Origin: Nitrospirota bacterium
GTDB taxonomy: Bacteria > Nitrospirota > UBA9217
Reading direction: 5' to 3'
Length of the DNA: 64,000 nt
Assembly: GCA_963840455.1 (NCBI GenBank)
Contig: CAWIYV010000014.1
Span: 320,001-384,000 of the forward strand
The position numbers and the translations under genes are program-made. Positions 59,378-64,000 of the stretch are shown here, one piece after another (within the stretch, counting starts at the first letter, position 1; every line of letters begins with the position of its first letter). Under the pieces are notes generated by a model that worked only from the letters and a program-made list of their open reading frames with translations, was not told the origin of the DNA and did no database searches.

Positions 59378-59920
59378 ATGGATTGCATGATGAGAACCAT
59401 AGGTCAACTGTTTATTCTATTTTCCATGCTTCTCGAAACTGGTGCCCATGCAGCCGACAGGCTCGACAACCTTCTTATTCAAGGGGAAAACTTTAGTATA
59501 TCGGTTAAAGAACCGATGGGGTGGAAAGGTGACTCGAGCACTTCGGCAGACCGCGGAAATCTTGTGTTTCATCGAATAAATGAAAATCTTCAGAATGCCA
59601 AAGCGGTGATTCGGGTTCTTGTCGCGAATAAAACAGATGAGAATACCATCGAAGATCTGAAGTACGACATGGAAAGCTATCGAAAGCAATATCCAAAAGT
59701 TCAATTTAAAGACATTTCTGTCAAACATCCTGCGTATAGTATATATCCAAAGTTATTTTATGTTGATGCTAATTTCTATGAGTATGTTACCTATCTCAAC
59801 CCCGGCAAAAATTATCCTTACATCATATGTGTTTCCATGAATCTGAAAAAAAATGAGGCGAGCAAAGAGGATATCGAAGCGTATTCCTCTGTAATAGAAT
59901 CCTTAAAGGCGTTGAAATAG
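59378..59920 (+). CDS. AT-rich hypothetical exported protein
   Basis: 180-aa ORF with a signal peptide ending AHA; composition differs from neighbours. Confidence 0.65.
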   Translation: MDCMMRTIGQLFILFSMLLETGAHAADRLDNLLIQGENFSISVKEPMGWKGDSSTSADRGNLVFHRINENLQNAKAVIRVLVANKTDENTIEDLKYDMESYRKQYPKVQFKDISVKHPAYSIYPKLFYVDANFYEYVTYLNPGKNYPYIICVSMNLKKNEASKEDIEAYSSVIESLKALK

Positions 59921-60002
59921 AGAGTGCCCATCACTCAAAAGGGTCGCTGAAAGCCGCACCATCGAGCGAAGAGTTGTCTAACGCAAAGCGCAGAACAACC
60001 CT

Positions 60003-61376
<1,374 letters not shown>

Positions 61377-61643
61377 AGACATTGCGGATTGCGGAATAGC
61401 CGAAACAGAAACAAAAAACCTCCTCTTCTAACGCCCTTATACGGACAAACCGGAACCAAAACCGTGGAACCGCCAAGGCGCAAAGGTCGCGAAGAAAATC
61501 TTGAAGATTTTATATTAAAGCAAAATCCCTTTTGTTTGTGACGTCCTTCGCGTGCTTCGCGCCTTCGTGGTAAATGTTTTTCCCGTTGTGCATAGGATGT
61601 AATTCTTTATTTACGAACGCCTGTCGCCTGACGATAGTTTCTC

Positions 61644-62483
61644 ATGATCGAACTTCTCAACCTCTCCAAGAACTTCGGTAGCCTCGCTGCGGTGAGATCC
61701 GTCTCATTCTCCGTCGGCAAGGGCGAGGTCTTCGGCCTGCTCGGCCCGAACGGCGCGGGCAAGACCACGACCATCCGCATGCTGACGACGCTCACTCAGC
61801 CGTCATCGGGCACTGCGCTGGTCGGGGGGCATGACATCCTTGCTGACCCCATCGCCGTCAAGCGGTCCATCGGCGTCATCCCCCAGCTCTTGAACCTCGA
61901 CATCGACCTGACGCTCGCCGAGAACCTCGAGTACCACGGCCGGCTGCACCGCATGGAGCGGCTGGACCGCGCCAGCCGCACGGACGAGCTGCTCAAGTTC
62001 GTCGGGCTCTGGGAAAAGCGGGACACGCCGGTGGAGCACCTCTCGGGCGGCATGCGGCGGAGGCTGCTGATCGCCCGCGGGCTCATGCACCGGCCGCAGG
62101 TCGTGTTCATGGACGAACCCACGGTGGGGCTCGACCCCCAGGCGAGGCACCTCATCTGGGAGCTGATCGAAGACCTGAAGCAGAGCGGCATCACCATCCT
62201 GCTCACGACGCACTACATCGAGGAGGCCGACCGGCTCTGCGACCGCGTGGCCATCATGCAGCAGGGCAAGGTCGTGACCCTCGGCGCGCCGGCGGACCTG
62301 AAGGCGCTCGTGGGACGCTACGTGGCGGAATGCCATGGACGCCACGACCTGCGGCGGCAATTCCGGTGGACGCGGGACGAGGCGCTCGACGCGGGCAAGG
62401 GGATGGGCTGCAATGTGACGGTCCGCGACGTGACGCTCGAGGATGTGTTCATCGAGTTGACGGGGGAGAGGATAGATACGTAA
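61644..62483 (+). CDS. ABC exporter ATP-binding subunit (DrrA/NodI-like)
   Basis: GPNGAGKTT, LSGGMRRR, DEPTVGLDP, TTHY. Confidence 0.92.
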   Translation: MIELLNLSKNFGSLAAVRSVSFSVGKGEVFGLLGPNGAGKTTTIRMLTTLTQPSSGTALVGGHDILADPIAVKRSIGVIPQLLNLDIDLTLAENLEYHGRLHRMERLDRASRTDELLKFVGLWEKRDTPVEHLSGGMRRRLLIARGLMHRPQVVFMDEPTVGLDPQARHLIWELIEDLKQSGITILLTTHYIEEADRLCDRVAIMQQGKVVTLGAPADLKALVGRYVAECHGRHDLRRQFRWTRDEALDAGKGMGCNVTVRDVTLEDVFIELTGERIDT

Positions 62484-62729
62484 CGCAATTGCGGATTCGG
62501 ATCGCGGACTCCTGAAAGGCGTTATGCAGGACCCTTGAACCGCCAAGACGCAAAGAGCGCAAAGAACTGATTTATAATACCTTCAGCAAAAGATCTAGAC
62601 TTTCTTCGCGCCCTTCGCGTCTTCGCGGTGAGGTGATTTGATCTTGATTTTATCGTGTTCATCCGTGGTTATTAATAGTCTGAGTTCTGCCTCTATCTTT
62701 GTTCATCGGTGGTTGCATAGGGTCATGCT

Positions 62730-63461
62730 ATGAATTTTTATCCTATCTTCTGGAAAGACATGCTGCTCATAACCAAGAAGCCCGGGAAATTCCTCGCGGC
62801 CAGCATGGTCACCCCGCTCCTCTATCTCGTCACCTTCGGCTGGGGGCTGGGCAGGGGCATGAGCATCGGCGGCGGGACCTACCTCGACTTTGTGCTGCCC
62901 GGTCTCCTGGCACTCTCGGCCATGAACAACAGCTTCGGCCCGGTCTCAACCTCGGTGAACGTGAGCAAGCTCTACACCAAGACCATCGAGGAGGTGCTGG
63001 TCTCCCCCGTGGGTCCCTGGTCCATTGCCCTCGGCAGGGCGCTCACGGGCACGGTGCGCGGGTTGTTCTCGGCATCGCTCCTGCTTATTGTCGGACTGGT
63101 CTCCGGGGTCCATGTGGACCTGTCGCCCTTCTTCTTTCTCGTGCTTGCGCTCACGGCCTTCTGCTTCTCCTCGGCCGCTGTCGCCGCCGCCATGGTCGCG
63201 AAATCGCACGAGGACATGTCGAACTTCAACAGCTTCGTCATCATCCCCATGTCCTTCCTCTCCGGGACCTTCTTCTCGCCCGACAAACTTCCGGAGCCCT
63301 TTCATAGTATGGTCCTGGTCTATCCCTTGACCCACGCGAGCCTCGTCCTCCGCACGCTTTCCACCGGCAGGGTGCCCGAAGCCGGATCGATCCTCATCCT
63401 CGCGGCCTACTCCGCGCTCTTCTTTTATCTCGCCGGCAGGACGGTGAAGCGGGTGGTATGA
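62730..63461 (+). CDS. ABC-2 type permease
   Basis: YLDFVLPGL, PMSFLSGTFF, YPLTHA; multiple TM segments. Confidence 0.92.
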   Translation: MNFYPIFWKDMLLITKKPGKFLAASMVTPLLYLVTFGWGLGRGMSIGGGTYLDFVLPGLLALSAMNNSFGPVSTSVNVSKLYTKTIEEVLVSPVGPWSIALGRALTGTVRGLFSASLLLIVGLVSGVHVDLSPFFFLVLALTAFCFSSAAVAAAMVAKSHEDMSNFNSFVIIPMSFLSGTFFSPDKLPEPFHSMVLVYPLTHASLVLRTLSTGRVPEAGSILILAAYSALFFYLAGRTVKRVV

Positions 63462-63621
63462 TCCTAACATGCTTCTTGAAACGCGATCCGGAATGAAGGA
63501 ACCGGATGACTGGAGAAGAAGCTCTGGTTCGTAGCGTATCGCATGAGCACAAACACGTCCCTGAAAAAGTGTATATAGGTAAATGCATTATTATTGATTT
63601 GTCATTGGCGGAAGGATAGAC

Positions 63622-64000
63622 ATGAGGACCAGTAAACCCCACGGGCTGAGAAATGCAGTCTTGGTTGCGTTGTTCCTTCTCAGCAGCGGGACACTTGCAA
63701 ACAGGTACTTGAATGATAGCGGATCACGCGACAAGAATCGTGTTATCGATAGGCCTGGCTCTTATGGGGTTAGCCGGCGGATTGTTGAGACTCCCGTCTT
63801 CTCGTTTTTGCCCAGATGGCCTCTCAAGAGAGGGGCCGTGTCAATCTCGCGGGAACGCAACGCCAGTGTATTGAAGAACGTGTTTGAGGTGTTCGATCCA
63901 TCACTGAGATCTTTTCTGACATCGGTGCCGATAATTTTGGATTCCTCGGCAAATACCGCGAAGGCCTATCCTGCAAAAGGCTACATTGGGGTCAGTCCAG
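63622..64000 (+). CDS. Hypothetical exported protein, truncated by the window end (absent from ORF track)
   Basis: RBS gaagga; MRTSKPHGLRNAVLVALFLLSSGTLA... open to 64000. Confidence 0.55.
   Translation, partial: MRTSKPHGLRNAVLVALFLLSSGTLANRYLNDSGSRDKNRVIDRPGSYGVSRRIVETPVFSFLPRWPLKRGAVSISRERNASVLKNVFEVFDPSLRSFLTSVPIILDSSANTAKAYPAKGYIGVSP

Overview
A GC-rich bacterial chromosomal segment. The gene content (AOR, VorB/ferredoxin, multiheme cytochrome, larBC, candidate selenoproteins) suggests an anaerobic or microaerophilic Nitrospirota- or Desulfobacterota-like organism; this taxonomy is inference only. Housekeeping blocks flank both ends: rsmI, nadE, larC/larB, gpsA, glgC and AOR on the left; bamA-like, surA-N, sppA, recN, vorB, cysK, cysteine desulfurase, ntrX-like and an ABC-2 exporter on the right. 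Between them lies a ~31-kb accessory region (12.3-43.5 kb). Signals the ORF track misses: (1) two genes with an in-frame UGA at a conserved Cys position followed by a SECIS-like hairpin, a C-GCAxxG-C-C protein (12607-13047) and a frameshifted CxU rhodanese (27291-27618); (2) a head-to-tail array of four ~112-bp two-hairpin elements (13070-13516) with dispersed relatives, resembling non-autonomous IS200/IS605 derivatives; (3) several decayed attC-like sites around AT-richer genes, with no integrase in the window; (4) a large lipid-modification and oxidative-stress cluster (DUF1295, DUF2177, CHI-fold, FAD oxidoreductase, DUF1365, CFA synthase, lipocalin, SOUL) homologous to the Rhodobacter ufaM/ufaD/ufaO furan-fatty-acid genes, apparently present as two copies with reciprocal pseudogenes; (5) a duplicated sigma54 promoter unit with no intact target gene. 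No rRNA, tRNA, CRISPR array or intact transposase was seen. Product calls are from motif recognition by eye, not database searches.
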